A stretch of DNA of 64,000 bases. Origin: Patescibacteria group bacterium (GTDB taxonomy: Bacteria > Patescibacteriota > Patescibacteriia > JAQUQO01). Positions within the stretch are counted from its first letter, which is position 1. Every line of letters starts with the position of its first letter. Location: assembly GCA_028716045.1 (NCBI GenBank), contig JAQUQO010000001.1, positions 452,096 to 516,095 of the forward strand, read 5' to 3'. A model generated the notes under the pieces. The model ran no database searches. It saw only the letters and a list, made by a program, of their open reading frames with translations, and had not been told where the DNA came from. The translations under genes and the position numbers were made by a program. Shown piece after piece: positions 29,636-39,273 of this stretch.

Positions 29636-29738
29636 GCCGATTATCCACAGATAAAAATTATAAAAAATACATCCCCTTTTAGAGATGTATTTTTATATAT
29701 TGTAAGGCAAAATGCCTCAAAACTTTTAAGCCCGCTTT

Positions 29739-30794
29739 CTACTTTTTCCAAATGTATTTAACGAGTTGCCAGCCGTATTTGGCGATAACCAATAAAATCA
29801 ATAAGTAAATGACGAACTGCAGCACGTGGAGAAGAAGCGCGACAAGGTTAACCGTAATATCTTGAGCGACCTGATTGCAATCGCGTACGAATTCTTTGAT
29901 GGCTGCTTTCCATGAATCTTTTAAGCTTTCTAAATCAACAAATTTGCTCTCAAAAATATCAACGCGGAAATAAGTGTATTCCAACCGGTCGAGCTGCTCT
30001 GCTTTTGACCGTTCAATTTGCTCAAGCTGAGAATTAATATTAATCCGCTCCTGCGTCAACCGCTCAATAATATTTATCTTGCTATCAATAATTTTAGCCA
30101 AACTTTCAACGTCTTGGACCCGGGTGGCCAGCGCGCTGATGTCGTCATACGCGCTGACGGCCTTTTTCAAAGTTTCGTCAATGGACGCTAATTTCTTTTC
30201 TAATATCTCCACCTCGCTCGTAAAATCATCAATCAATTTTTTTATCGTGTAAGTATTTTCCGAAAGCTCTTTTGGGTCAAGCCCTTTGATAATGGCCAAA
30301 ACTTCATTGGCTTTGTCCCGCTTGGCCTTAAAAACATAGCCGCACCCATGGTCATATTCGCTGGCATTTTCAAAAATTACATCCTCCCGCGCTTTTAGGC
30401 CGGCAACCGTTGCGCAGGTTTCCTCCAGCTGGCGCGTTTCAATTGTCGCGTTATATTTGGTTACTTCAAATTCCTCGGCTTCATCCCCCGTTGCCCCGCC
30501 GTTTCCATAAATCGGCGCGGCGCTTGGAGTCGTGCCGACGTTTCTCACTGATAAACCGACTGAACCCTCTTCGCTATACTCATATTTTTTAGCAACCTCG
30601 GAGTCACTGGCATAATCATATGACGGCGCGCTTTGAGGCAAAATACTATTGGTTCGGGGTTTCCCAACTATTGAGTTAAACGATGAGCCGACCAAACGAA
30701 AAGCAATGACGATAATAATAATGGCTAAAAGCGCTAATCCGGCTATTTTTAAAACACTGGAAATTTTAAGATTAAATTTTGTTAAAAAATCCAT
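29739..30794 (-). CDS. Membrane-anchored coiled-coil protein (DUF4349-like)
   Basis: N- and C-terminal TMs, long coiled coil ending QLDRLEYT. Confidence 0.7.
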   Translation of the reverse strand: MDFLTKFNLKISSVLKIAGLALLAIIIIVIAFRLVGSSFNSIVGKPRTNSILPQSAPSYDYASDSEVAKKYEYSEEGSVGLSVRNVGTTPSAAPIYGNGGATGDEAEEFEVTKYNATIETRQLEETCATVAGLKAREDVIFENASEYDHGCGYVFKAKRDKANEVLAIIKGLDPKELSENTYTIKKLIDDFTSEVEILEKKLASIDETLKKAVSAYDDISALATRVQDVESLAKIIDSKINIIERLTQERININSQLEQIERSKAEQLDRLEYTYFRVDIFESKFVDLESLKDSWKAAIKEFVRDCNQVAQDITVNLVALLLHVLQFVIYLLILLVIAKYGWQLVKYIWKK

Positions 30795-30915
30795 AGAACT
30801 TTTATTTATTTTTAAATTTTTACTAATCGCCTGTTTCTATTATACCAGTAATATCTTGACCAAACAATATCACGAGAGAACTTCACCCCATCCTTGCCCG
30901 TCCGCAGCTTTTTTG

Positions 30916-30940
30916 CCCGACGAAGCTTAAGCGAAGGCGG
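30916..30940. repeat. REP-like palindrome, copy 2, inside a larger nested hairpin (about 30885-30974)
   Basis: CCCGACGAAGCTTAAGCGAAGGCGG. Confidence 0.6.
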
Positions 30941-31004
30941 AAGCGGAGGAGGATGAGCTGGACGCGGCTGGGGATATACTGGACGGCAAAATGCCGTTGA
31001 ATTA

Positions 31005-32102
31005 TTAATTGGCTTGGGTAAAAGTCCGGCCGTCAGGCGTAGCGCATTGGGGCGGGTTTGATTTCATTATAGAAAAGCCGGCCATCACGCAGGAATCAAA
31101 ATCGATTACCTGCTTTAAAAGCTCTGCGCACTTTTCCCGGCTGGCCGTATCGCTCCTTGGCAGGCATTTGGCAAGCTGACCGGCAAGGGTGTTGTCCGTC
31201 GGCGATAAATCCCATTTGACAGTCTGAACGATACGATCCACCGTTGCGTCAAGGTCAAAAGCTTCACGCTCATTAGCACAAACCTGATTTTGTTCTTTGC
31301 CATAATTACCACAATTGGGATAGCACAAAACGAAATTCACTGAAATTAGTTTGCCATTTTTGGGTGTGGTATAAACATATGAAGAATAAACGCTTCCTGC
31401 CGCGCCTTCGTTTTTAACGTCAACGCAATAAATTCTGTCATCAACCATTCTTTGCGTGATTATCTTGGTTAAACTGCTTACCTCCAGCGGTGTTTCCGTG
31501 CAAGAATAAGTTCCTGATTCTACTTTTACTACCGGCGGCCATTCTTGGGTAAAAATATATTGAGTGGTTAAGTTCTCCGGATATTGAAATAAAATACCTT
31601 CGCCGCTATATTCTTTCCAAAGTTCATTCTCTCCCGAAGAAAGGACCGTAATTCCGGTTATGAGCCAGCGATTGCCAAATTTTACTACGCCAATCTCAAT
31701 CGGTCGCGACCCAGCCATGCCGGTGCTTGTCATGTCTATGATCTTTCCGCTGACGTCATAAGCGCCTGACCCGAATTGCCTGATATCCGCGATTGTAATT
31801 TCATCCGGCCAGGGGCTGGAAGTCAGACGGCCGATGGCTTTAGTTGAATCAGCTTTCCATTGTGCCAGTAAAGCCGGGTCAAGAAAGTTTTTATAATTTG
31901 TTTCAATGTCCTGGCTGGCAGTAGGAGAAAGTAAAAAAACATTCTTCAATGAATGGCCAAAATCCTCAACTAAAGACCGCACAGCTGTTTCATCGGCTTG
32001 CTGATTTTTCTCCATGCTAAATTGGTGCCAGAAATAAACGCCTATCCTCGCTACGGCAACCAAGATGATAATTAGCAATATTAATCTAATTTTCTTATAC
32101 AT
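31005..32102 (-). CDS. Membrane-anchored extracellular Cys-containing hypothetical protein
   Basis: N-terminal TM; C-terminal FDSCVMAGFSIMKSNPPQCATPDGRTF mini-domain. Confidence 0.8.
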   Translation of the reverse strand: MYKKIRLILLIIILVAVARIGVYFWHQFSMEKNQQADETAVRSLVEDFGHSLKNVFLLSPTASQDIETNYKNFLDPALLAQWKADSTKAIGRLTSSPWPDEITIADIRQFGSGAYDVSGKIIDMTSTGMAGSRPIEIGVVKFGNRWLITGITVLSSGENELWKEYSGEGILFQYPENLTTQYIFTQEWPPVVKVESGTYSCTETPLEVSSLTKIITQRMVDDRIYCVDVKNEGAAGSVYSSYVYTTPKNGKLISVNFVLCYPNCGNYGKEQNQVCANEREAFDLDATVDRIVQTVKWDLSPTDNTLAGQLAKCLPRSDTASREKCAELLKQVIDFDSCVMAGFSIMKSNPPQCATPDGRTFTQAN

Positions 32103-32255
32103 GTTTTTATTTTATCAAAAAATCGCCCTACTGGCGACTTCTTGATGTAAACTCCTGTCAACTCATCCAATTCTTCAAAATTGTATTTCAGCTTTATTTT
32201 CTTCTTAAACTCAATCTGAATTCAATTTATCTCTGTCAACTTTTGTAAACTTATG

Positions 32256-32327
32256 CTCCGGGGGTGGGGCTCGAACCCACGACCAATTGATTAACAGTCA
32301 ACTGCTCTACCGCTGAGCTACCCCGGA
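32256..32327 (-). tRNA. tRNA-Asn (GTT), CCA not encoded
   Basis: TCCGGGGTAGCTCAGCGGTAGAGCAGTTGACT-GTT-AATCAATTGGTCGTGGGTTCGAGCCCCACCCCCGGAG cloverleaf. Confidence 0.97.
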
Positions 32328-32349
32328 ATAAATAATTTCAAATTTTAAA

Positions 32350-33582
32350 TTAATAATCCCTTAACTTTTCAATGCCTTTGAAGGTTTCTATTTTTTCCAA
32401 CGCTTTAGCTTCAATTTGGCGGATGCGCTCGCGCGTGACATCAAACTCCTGCCCCACTTCCTCCAAAGTGTGCGCCACACCGTCTTCCAAACCAAAACGC
32501 ATTTCCAAAATCTTCTGCTCGCGCGGCGCTAAATCTTTAATAACATCTTTAACATAATCCCGAAGAAGCTGCAAGGCGGCGGCGCGGTCCGGCGTGACAT
32601 TTTTAACATCTTCAATAAAATCCTCCAGCGTGCTATCCTCGTCGCTTTCCCCGACCGAAGTTTCCAAAGAAATGGTATCCTGTGATATTTTAATAATCTG
32701 CCTTACCTTATCAATCTCCTCGCTCATCTCCGCGGCAATTTCCTCGGGCAAGGGCTCGCGGCCCAAATCCTGAATCAGCTGGCGCTCCACTTGCTGAAAA
32801 CGGTTGATGGTTTCCACCATATGTACTGGAATGCGGATGGTGCGCGACTGGTCGGCCAAAGCGCGCGTAATCGCCTGCCGAATCCACCAGGTGGCGTAAG
32901 TGGAAAATTTATATCCTTTCTGCGGGTCAAATTTTTCCACGGCTCTGAACAATCCGATATTGCCCTCCTGAATCAAATCCAAAAGCGACAAACTCTTGCC
33001 CACAAATTTTTTGGCAATAGAAACCACTAAGCGCAAATTAGCTTCAATCAATCTTTTGACTGCTTCTAAATCTCCTTTATCCTTGCGCCGCGCCAAAGAC
33101 AATTCTTCCTCGGTGGTAAGCAACGGTACCTTGCCGATTTCGCGCAGATACATCTGGATGGAGTCCGAGGATATTTCCGACAAATCAAAATTCTTTACTT
33201 CTTTTTCTTTGGAAGGTTTGCCTAAGGTGGACAAAATTTCTCTCCGCGACTCCCTCTGCCCCAAAATTCCGCCCTTGGGTTCTACTACGGAAACAAGCGA
33301 GTCCTCCATCTTATCCAAAAATTCCTCATACTGTTCAACGTATTCCTCCAAATCCGGAAAGGCATACAAAAGCTCGGTCTCCGTCAGAAAACCTCTGGAC
33401 CTCCCTTTTTGTAATAATTTATTCAAGACCTCCTCCGGTACCCGGGCAACCGGTTTTCTGGCAATCACTCTTTTCCCTCCGGCCCTGGCTCCGCCCTTTC
33501 TTTTTTTGGCGAATTTTTTGCGCGCCAAAACTCTGCCCCTTGGTTTTTTTGAATATTTTGCCTTGAATTTTTTCTTGGGCAT
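32350..33582 (-). CDS. rpoD: Primary sigma factor RpoD/SigA with basic N-terminal extension
   Basis: [52 protein letters not shown]. Confidence 0.97.
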   Translation of the reverse strand: MPKKKFKAKYSKKPRGRVLARKKFAKKRKGGARAGGKRVIARKPVARVPEEVLNKLLQKGRSRGFLTETELLYAFPDLEEYVEQYEEFLDKMEDSLVSVVEPKGGILGQRESRREILSTLGKPSKEKEVKNFDLSEISSDSIQMYLREIGKVPLLTTEEELSLARRKDKGDLEAVKRLIEANLRLVVSIAKKFVGKSLSLLDLIQEGNIGLFRAVEKFDPQKGYKFSTYATWWIRQAITRALADQSRTIRIPVHMVETINRFQQVERQLIQDLGREPLPEEIAAEMSEEIDKVRQIIKISQDTISLETSVGESDEDSTLEDFIEDVKNVTPDRAAALQLLRDYVKDVIKDLAPREQKILEMRFGLEDGVAHTLEEVGQEFDVTRERIRQIEAKALEKIETFKGIEKLRDY

Positions 33583-33669
33583 AAATAATTAAAATAGCAA
33601 AAAACACCAATCTCTTATTGGCGACAACTCTTAATTATCCGCTGATTGGTTTAATGTCTATATTAAAAA

Positions 33670-35466
33670 TCAATTAATTTTTCTCCATTCTTCGTTCAAT
33701 CTTTGAAGTTCTTCCGTCAGTTCGCTCATCTTGGCCGCGTCTCCCCCCTTCTCCGCCAGCTTTATCTCTTCCGCTGTGGCCTTTTTTAAATTGGCCAGAT
33801 AGTTCATCCGACAATGTTTTAAAAGAAGTTCCAGCTCGGCTTCCACTTTGCCGCTTTCCGCATCGGAAAAATCTTTATCGGCTAAAAGGAGCAAACGTTC
33901 AATAAAATCGTCCTGTTCCGCCAAGTTTTTGCGGAAATCATCCAGGTCAAAACCCGTGTATTTATTATAATAGGACACCATCTCTTTGTAAATATCCCTA
34001 AGCTGTGGATTGTTAAACATCTCCGGCAAAATCACTTTTACCACTTTGGGCAAAAAACGGCTATGGCGCAGGGTTAAGCCCAAAAGCTCCTCTCCCAAAA
34101 GCGCGTTCTTGTCTATGGAAAGAAAGGCCTTGGCGTCCACTATCGGCTTGCCGACTGTCTTGGTTTTGGGGAAGCTGGAACGAAGGATATTTTCCGGGAC
34201 GCTTAGCAGTTCGGCTAATCTTTGGAGCCAATGCGTCTGCTCCACCTGATTGGGAATTTTAACGATTTTAGCCAGCAGTATCTCGGCGATTTTCTTTTTG
34301 CCCTCCACTTTGGATTTGTCGTATTTTTTAAAAGTTTTTTGGAAATAATATTCCATGATGGATTCGGAATTTTTAATCGCCTCGCGCCACTGCTCCGCGC
34401 CAGCCGGTTTTGACCGCACCAGTTCGTCCGGGTCTTTGAACCCTGCCGGCAAAGTGATGACTTTTATATTTAACCCTTCGGCCAAGGCCAAATCAATGCC
34501 GCGTTCGGCCGCGCCTTCGCCCGCCGGGTCGCTGTCAAAAGCCAGCGCCAGATTATTAGTGTAACGTTTTAAAAGTTTGATTTGCTCCACGGTCAAAGCC
34601 GTGCCCGAGGAAGCAACGGCATTGGCCACTCCCCCGTCATGAGAAGCAATGACATCCATATTGCCTTCCACGAGAATCGCTAAATCATTTTTCCTGATTT
34701 CTTGTTTGGCAAAATTAAGTCCGTAAATCACCCGGCTCTTGTTATATAACATGGTTTCCGGAGTATTGACGTATTTGCCCACGCCTTCTTTCTCCGGCCC
34801 GAGAATGCGTCCCGTGAAACCGACGACGTTATTATTGGCATCCCAAATCGGAAACATCAGCCGCCCGCGGAAGCGGTCGTAAAATCCGAAATTCTTTCCG
34901 GTGCGCAGCGAAGCGGACGGGTCTTTTTTGACCGTGAGCCCGGCTAAAAAAATTTCTTCCTCGCTAAAACCTTTTTTGAGTAAAGCTTTCCCTAAACTAT
35001 CCCAATTGTCCGGCGCATAACCCAGACGAAATTGTTCAATCATCTCCGCGCTCACCTGGCGCTTAGCCAGATAATCGCGGGCGATTTTCCCCGCGTCGGA
35101 ATTAAGCAGGACGGCGTGGAAAAAACGCGAAGCGGCTTCGGCGACTTCCACCAATTTGGATTTTTTATCGCTCACTTCTGGATTATATCTGGTGAGTTTC
35201 ACTCCGGCTTTTTCCGCCAGCAGGCGCAGGGCTTCGGGGAATTCCACGCCTTCAATTTTTTGAATGAATTTAAAAACATCGCCGCCTTCGGCGCAACCGA
35301 AACAATGCCAAATCTGCTTGTCTTTGCTGACCATAAAAGACGGCGTCTTCTCGTTATGAAACGGGCAACACGCCTTCCAATTGCTCCCCGCCTGTTTGAG
35401 TTGGACATATTCGCGGACTACCTCCACGATATCCAACCGATTTTTAATATCTTCAATGTCGGACAT
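33670..35466 (-). CDS. dnaG: DNA primase
   Basis: CPFHNEKTPSF...CFGC zinc finger, DRFRGRLMFPI, VEGNMDV, FDSDPAG, KDPDE. Confidence 0.97.
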   Translation of the reverse strand: MSDIEDIKNRLDIVEVVREYVQLKQAGSNWKACCPFHNEKTPSFMVSKDKQIWHCFGCAEGGDVFKFIQKIEGVEFPEALRLLAEKAGVKLTRYNPEVSDKKSKLVEVAEAASRFFHAVLLNSDAGKIARDYLAKRQVSAEMIEQFRLGYAPDNWDSLGKALLKKGFSEEEIFLAGLTVKKDPSASLRTGKNFGFYDRFRGRLMFPIWDANNNVVGFTGRILGPEKEGVGKYVNTPETMLYNKSRVIYGLNFAKQEIRKNDLAILVEGNMDVIASHDGGVANAVASSGTALTVEQIKLLKRYTNNLALAFDSDPAGEGAAERGIDLALAEGLNIKVITLPAGFKDPDELVRSKPAGAEQWREAIKNSESIMEYYFQKTFKKYDKSKVEGKKKIAEILLAKIVKIPNQVEQTHWLQRLAELLSVPENILRSSFPKTKTVGKPIVDAKAFLSIDKNALLGEELLGLTLRHSRFLPKVVKVILPEMFNNPQLRDIYKEMVSYYNKYTGFDLDDFRKNLAEQDDFIERLLLLADKDFSDAESGKVEAELELLLKHCRMNYLANLKKATAEEIKLAEKGGDAAKMSELTEELQRLNEEWRKIN

Positions 35467-35469
35467 GGA

Positions 35470-35736
35470 TTAGTGTTTTAATAATTTCCTGCCCAAATAA
35501 ACTAAAAAATAAACAATAATTGTTAATATCAGTATATCTACGCTTAAATAAAACGGAGAACCTGGCTGATAAATTACACACATCAAAGTACACATCCCAT
35601 CCTCTATTCCTAACGGATTTAATAAACTGGGTTCAGTGCATTCGCTACCACATTTAGTAGGAACAAAATATAAAATAACAATAGCAATTACTTCTACAAA
35701 AATAATGAGAAAAAAAATTTTATTAAACTTTTTCAT
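35470..35736 (-). CDS. Small two-TM protein with four Cys in the loop
   Basis: TM-KCGSEC...MCTLMC-TM; AT-rich. Confidence 0.65.
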   Translation of the reverse strand: MKKFNKIFFLIIFVEVIAIVILYFVPTKCGSECTEPSLLNPLGIEDGMCTLMCVIYQPGSPFYLSVDILILTIIVYFLVYLGRKLLKH

Positions 35737-35768
35737 ACCATGTCGTTTATTTTAAATAATTTAATGGT

Positions 35769-36092
35769 CTATTCGTATCTTTTGTTAATTTTTTCCATCT
35801 TCTCCTCCAGCGCCTTGGCTATATCAACGTCCATTAACTTGGCTAAAAGCAAAGTGGTGATGATGACATCGGCAAATTCGGTTTCTAATTCCTCTTTTTT
35901 GTAATTATCCAGTTTATCTTTTCTTTGCAAGGAATTATAAGAAAGCACCGCCTCGCTTAGCTCGCCCAACTCTTCGGCGAGTTTTACGGTTCTGGCGAGA
36001 ATTCTTTTTTCTTTGTCCATTTCTTCGCCGTATTTCTTTTTCAACCGCTCATCTTCAATATCAATAAATTTTAATAATTCTTGGAAATCCAT
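35769..36092 (-). CDS. MazG-like nucleotide pyrophosphohydrolase (second copy)
   Basis: KLAEELGELSE...EFADVII. Confidence 0.85.
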   Translation of the reverse strand: MDFQELLKFIDIEDERLKKKYGEEMDKEKRILARTVKLAEELGELSEAVLSYNSLQRKDKLDNYKKEELETEFADVIITTLLLAKLMDVDIAKALEEKMEKINKRYE

Positions 36093-36258
36093 AATTTAAT
36101 TAGTTATTTGATAAGCACAGTAAACCAATTAAACCTGTTTTTTAACTCTGCTTAGGCATGAAAATAGCTTATTTATTCACCCCCAGCTTACCAAATTTTT
36201 CTTAATATAGCAATAACAAAAGGGCGCCCTTGCCGGAACGCCCTTTTGCGAATATCTT

Positions 36259-36804
36259 CTACTTTACATCTTCCAAATAATAGCCGGTGCCGACCACCCA
36301 ATCAAACGGTTCAAAATACAAACTGTAAGTTCTTTTGGCGAGCATTTCCTCCCCGCCCATTTTGGTGTAAAAATAATCTGTGAACCCGCCGCCGGCCTGC
36401 ATCCCGTTTTTAATGATTTCTTTCACGTAATAAACGCCGTTGGCGTTGGCCTCATATCTGTTCTTGCCCTCCACGTCTTTGTTGCCGTATAAAACCACAT
36501 TCACGCCGTCTTTGGTATCCGCCCAAAAATATCCGTCCTGCCCATAGCGCAATTCGCGGAGCAAATTCGCTCCCAGCTCCTGCGCCTTGGCTACGGAAAT
36601 CTCACCGGCTTTTTGCTGGTCGGAAAGGGCTTGGAGCATACTGACTGCCGTTTCCACCTGCCCCTTGATAAACGCGTCGGCGCTTTGTTTTTCCGCGAGA
36701 GCGAGAAGTTCCCGGGTCTTGGCGCAATTCTGCGCCAACATATATCCCAAAATCCCTCCAACGATTAAAGCGGTTAAAACCACCGCTGTCACTATTTTGG
36801 CCAT
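36259..36804 (-). CDS. Stand-alone single Cache (sCache_2-like) domain protein
   Basis: LRELRYGQDGYFW...GGGFTDY.Y.K...K..Y...FEPFDWVVGTGYY. Confidence 0.85.
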   Translation of the reverse strand: MAKIVTAVVLTALIVGGILGYMLAQNCAKTRELLALAEKQSADAFIKGQVETAVSMLQALSDQQKAGEISVAKAQELGANLLRELRYGQDGYFWADTKDGVNVVLYGNKDVEGKNRYEANANGVYYVKEIIKNGMQAGGGFTDYFYTKMGGEEMLAKRTYSLYFEPFDWVVGTGYYLEDVK

Positions 36805-36823
36805 AGTGTTATTTTAAAATTTA

Positions 36824-37438
36824 TTAAATAAACGGCACAAAAACAAAACCAAAAAATTTTTCCTCTCTAAATTTATTCTTGCTGACGCGGCTGATTTTTC
36901 TTATATACCCGTCGCTCGTCGGGGCCACTAAAATTCCCCCGATATTAAGAGCTTCTTTCAGGTCTTCGGGAATCTCGCCAAAAGCGGCGCCGCTATGAAT
37001 CCGGTCATAGGGAGCATTTTTCTCCCAAGACGTGGCCGCATCAGTTATAAAATAATGAACATTTTTCAATCCGCTTTTCTTAACATTCTGCTCTCCCATC
37101 TTCCCTACGGTTTTATTTATTTCGTAAGCATAAACTTTCCCTTTTTCTCCCGTCAGCTCCCCCAAAAGACAGCTAACCCACCCGCTACCCGCGCCAATAT
37201 CCAAAACTTTCTGCCCGGAGCTTATCTCCAATTTCTCCAACATAAACACCACGGTCGTCGGCTGGGAAATAGTTTGCCCTTCGGCCAAGGACAAGGCCTC
37301 GTCGCTATAAGCAAGGTTTTGTTTATCTGCCGGAACAAAATTTTTTCGGTCAACTTTACGCAAAGTTTCTTTAAGAGCTTCTGACCTTAAAACTCCTTTG
37401 GCTGACAAATGTTCAATCAAAGTTTCAAGGGAAGACAT
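36824..37438 (-). CDS. pcm: Protein-L-isoaspartate O-methyltransferase
   Basis: AYSD.AL...GQTISQP, VLDIGAGSGW, APYDRI, FVFVP. Confidence 0.92.
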   Translation of the reverse strand: MSSLETLIEHLSAKGVLRSEALKETLRKVDRKNFVPADKQNLAYSDEALSLAEGQTISQPTTVVFMLEKLEISSGQKVLDIGAGSGWVSCLLGELTGEKGKVYAYEINKTVGKMGEQNVKKSGLKNVHYFITDAATSWEKNAPYDRIHSGAAFGEIPEDLKEALNIGGILVAPTSDGYIRKISRVSKNKFREEKFFGFVFVPFI

Positions 37439-37484
37439 AAAAATAAGTCACTTCATCAAAGTTTTAAATATCTAAAAACGATTA

Positions 37485-38441
37485 TTATTTAAACGGTTCA
37501 CTTTTGGTAAAATCCGGCTTAAAGACCTCGCTGCTTTCCAAATCCTGCGCCCAGCCATTTTTAAAACCCAATTGTTCGGTTTCATTTTTTACTTTTTCGT
37601 ACTCCGCGGAATTTATCCGGCGATTTAGCTCCGGATATTCGCCGGCGCGATGGCAGGGCGAATACTGCGCCATTAAACTTAGATATATTTGAGGCGATAA
37701 GCCCGCGAGAAAATTTAAACTCGCGGAACTGCCCGCCAAATCTTCCGGCAGAACCAGATGGCGGACAATAAGACCTTTTTTAGCGATGCCATTTTTATCA
37801 AGCTTCAAATCACCGACCTGCCGATACATTTCCGTAATGGCCGCGCGATTGGCTTCAACGTAATTATACGCCCGCGAGTACTTTCCGGCAACGGCATTAT
37901 CGCTGTATTTTATATCCGGCAAATAAATATCTACGACGCCGGCCAAAAGTTTTAATGAATCCAAATTATCATAGCCGTTGGTGTTGTAAACGATGGGTAA
38001 ATTAAAACCGCACTCAACCGCACAAACCAAACTCTCCAGTATTTGCGGAATGTAATGCGCGGGTGAAACAAAATTGATATTATGAGCTCCTTGTTTTTGA
38101 AGTAATAAAATTTTTTCTGCTAAATCCTTCGCGGACATAAATTCTTTATCTCCCGTTTCGGCTTGGTCTTTATGGCTAATCTGCCAATTCTGACAATAGG
38201 GGCAACGGAGATTGCAATGTGAGAAAAAAATAGCGCCGGACCCGCGACTGCCGGAAAGCGGGGGCTCTTCGCCGCGGTGCAGTCCGATGTAAGCGATTTC
38301 CATTTCCGCTCCCGCGCGGCAAAAACCCGTTTCCCCCGCCCAACGATTGACGCCGCATTTCCGCGGGCACAAATCGCAAGCGCTTAAATGTTTTTTAGCC
38401 AGCTCCGCCCTCTGTTTTAATTCTTGTAAATCAATTTTCAT
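37485..38441 (-). CDS. Radical SAM protein, PflX-like
   Basis: CDLCPRKCGVNR, HRGEEPPLSG..GSG.IFF..CNLRCPYCQN, VRHLVLP. Confidence 0.9.
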   Translation of the reverse strand: MKIDLQELKQRAELAKKHLSACDLCPRKCGVNRWAGETGFCRAGAEMEIAYIGLHRGEEPPLSGSRGSGAIFFSHCNLRCPYCQNWQISHKDQAETGDKEFMSAKDLAEKILLLQKQGAHNINFVSPAHYIPQILESLVCAVECGFNLPIVYNTNGYDNLDSLKLLAGVVDIYLPDIKYSDNAVAGKYSRAYNYVEANRAAITEMYRQVGDLKLDKNGIAKKGLIVRHLVLPEDLAGSSASLNFLAGLSPQIYLSLMAQYSPCHRAGEYPELNRRINSAEYEKVKNETEQLGFKNGWAQDLESSEVFKPDFTKSEPFK

Positions 38442-39041
38442 TTAGGCACTGATTATTCCCGCTTTGACCAAAGCCGCGTAATGTTCCGGTTTTTTACGCC
38501 AGAGATATTCTAAAACCTTGCCCCGCACTTCGGCAATTTTTAATTTTTTCTCCGCGGCAAACCGTATAATTTTTTCCGTGGCCGCGGCGGCGGCAGATTC
38601 TTCGCCGACTAAAAGTTCAATCTCCGCGATGGTATAAATAAAGTCCGCGAACTGGACGGAATTTAAATCAATGGTAAAATCGCCGTTTTTATATTTGCGA
38701 CGAATTGTCCGGCACTCGCAAAACGGCGCGTAGCCGAGCGCGGCTAAACCCTCGCCTAAGGATTCCCTTGTCTCCAGACCAAGCGCTTCGCGAATGGCCC
38801 CTTCGGTTTCTATTTCCCGATATTTATCAATACTCTTTTGACTATCTCTTTTACCCAACGGCAATTTTAATTCCCAACGCCCGTTGCGGGAACGCAGCCA
38901 GATGTCACGAGTGGTTAAAAAATAATCAGGTGTATCAAAATAGGCATCATCTAAAATTTTTTCACCCAAAAACTCCGCGCCTTCCAAAAGCCGCTTTTCA
39001 TCTTCCTCGCTTAAAATAAATTTCTTTTCTATTTCTATCAT
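38442..39041 (-). CDS. CYTH-domain (triphosphate tunnel) protein
   Basis: N-terminal IEIEKKF, DAYFD, WLR.R...WELK, EIE. Confidence 0.9.
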   Translation of the reverse strand: MIEIEKKFILSEEDEKRLLEGAEFLGEKILDDAYFDTPDYFLTTRDIWLRSRNGRWELKLPLGKRDSQKSIDKYREIETEGAIREALGLETRESLGEGLAALGYAPFCECRTIRRKYKNGDFTIDLNSVQFADFIYTIAEIELLVGEESAAAAATEKIIRFAAEKKLKIAEVRGKVLEYLWRKKPEHYAALVKAGIISA

Positions 39042-39273
39042 AAAAACGCAATCCTTAAATCCTCAGGACAAACCAATACCATAACTAAATTTCTATTTCC
39101 GGCAATAAATTCTTCTTTAGAAAAAATAAGGATTACACCATTAAGATACAATCCTTATTAAAACCTCTTTTCCATATTTTAGTTTTTTGGTTGTCTTACG
39201 TAATCTACCGGAATCGGCAATTAAAGTCAAGGGGGTATTATAGCCCTTATCTCCGTGAACAATAACAAATTTA

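Noticed and set aside
32996-33592. 198-aa plus-strand ORF
   Set aside because: Antisense shadow of rpoD
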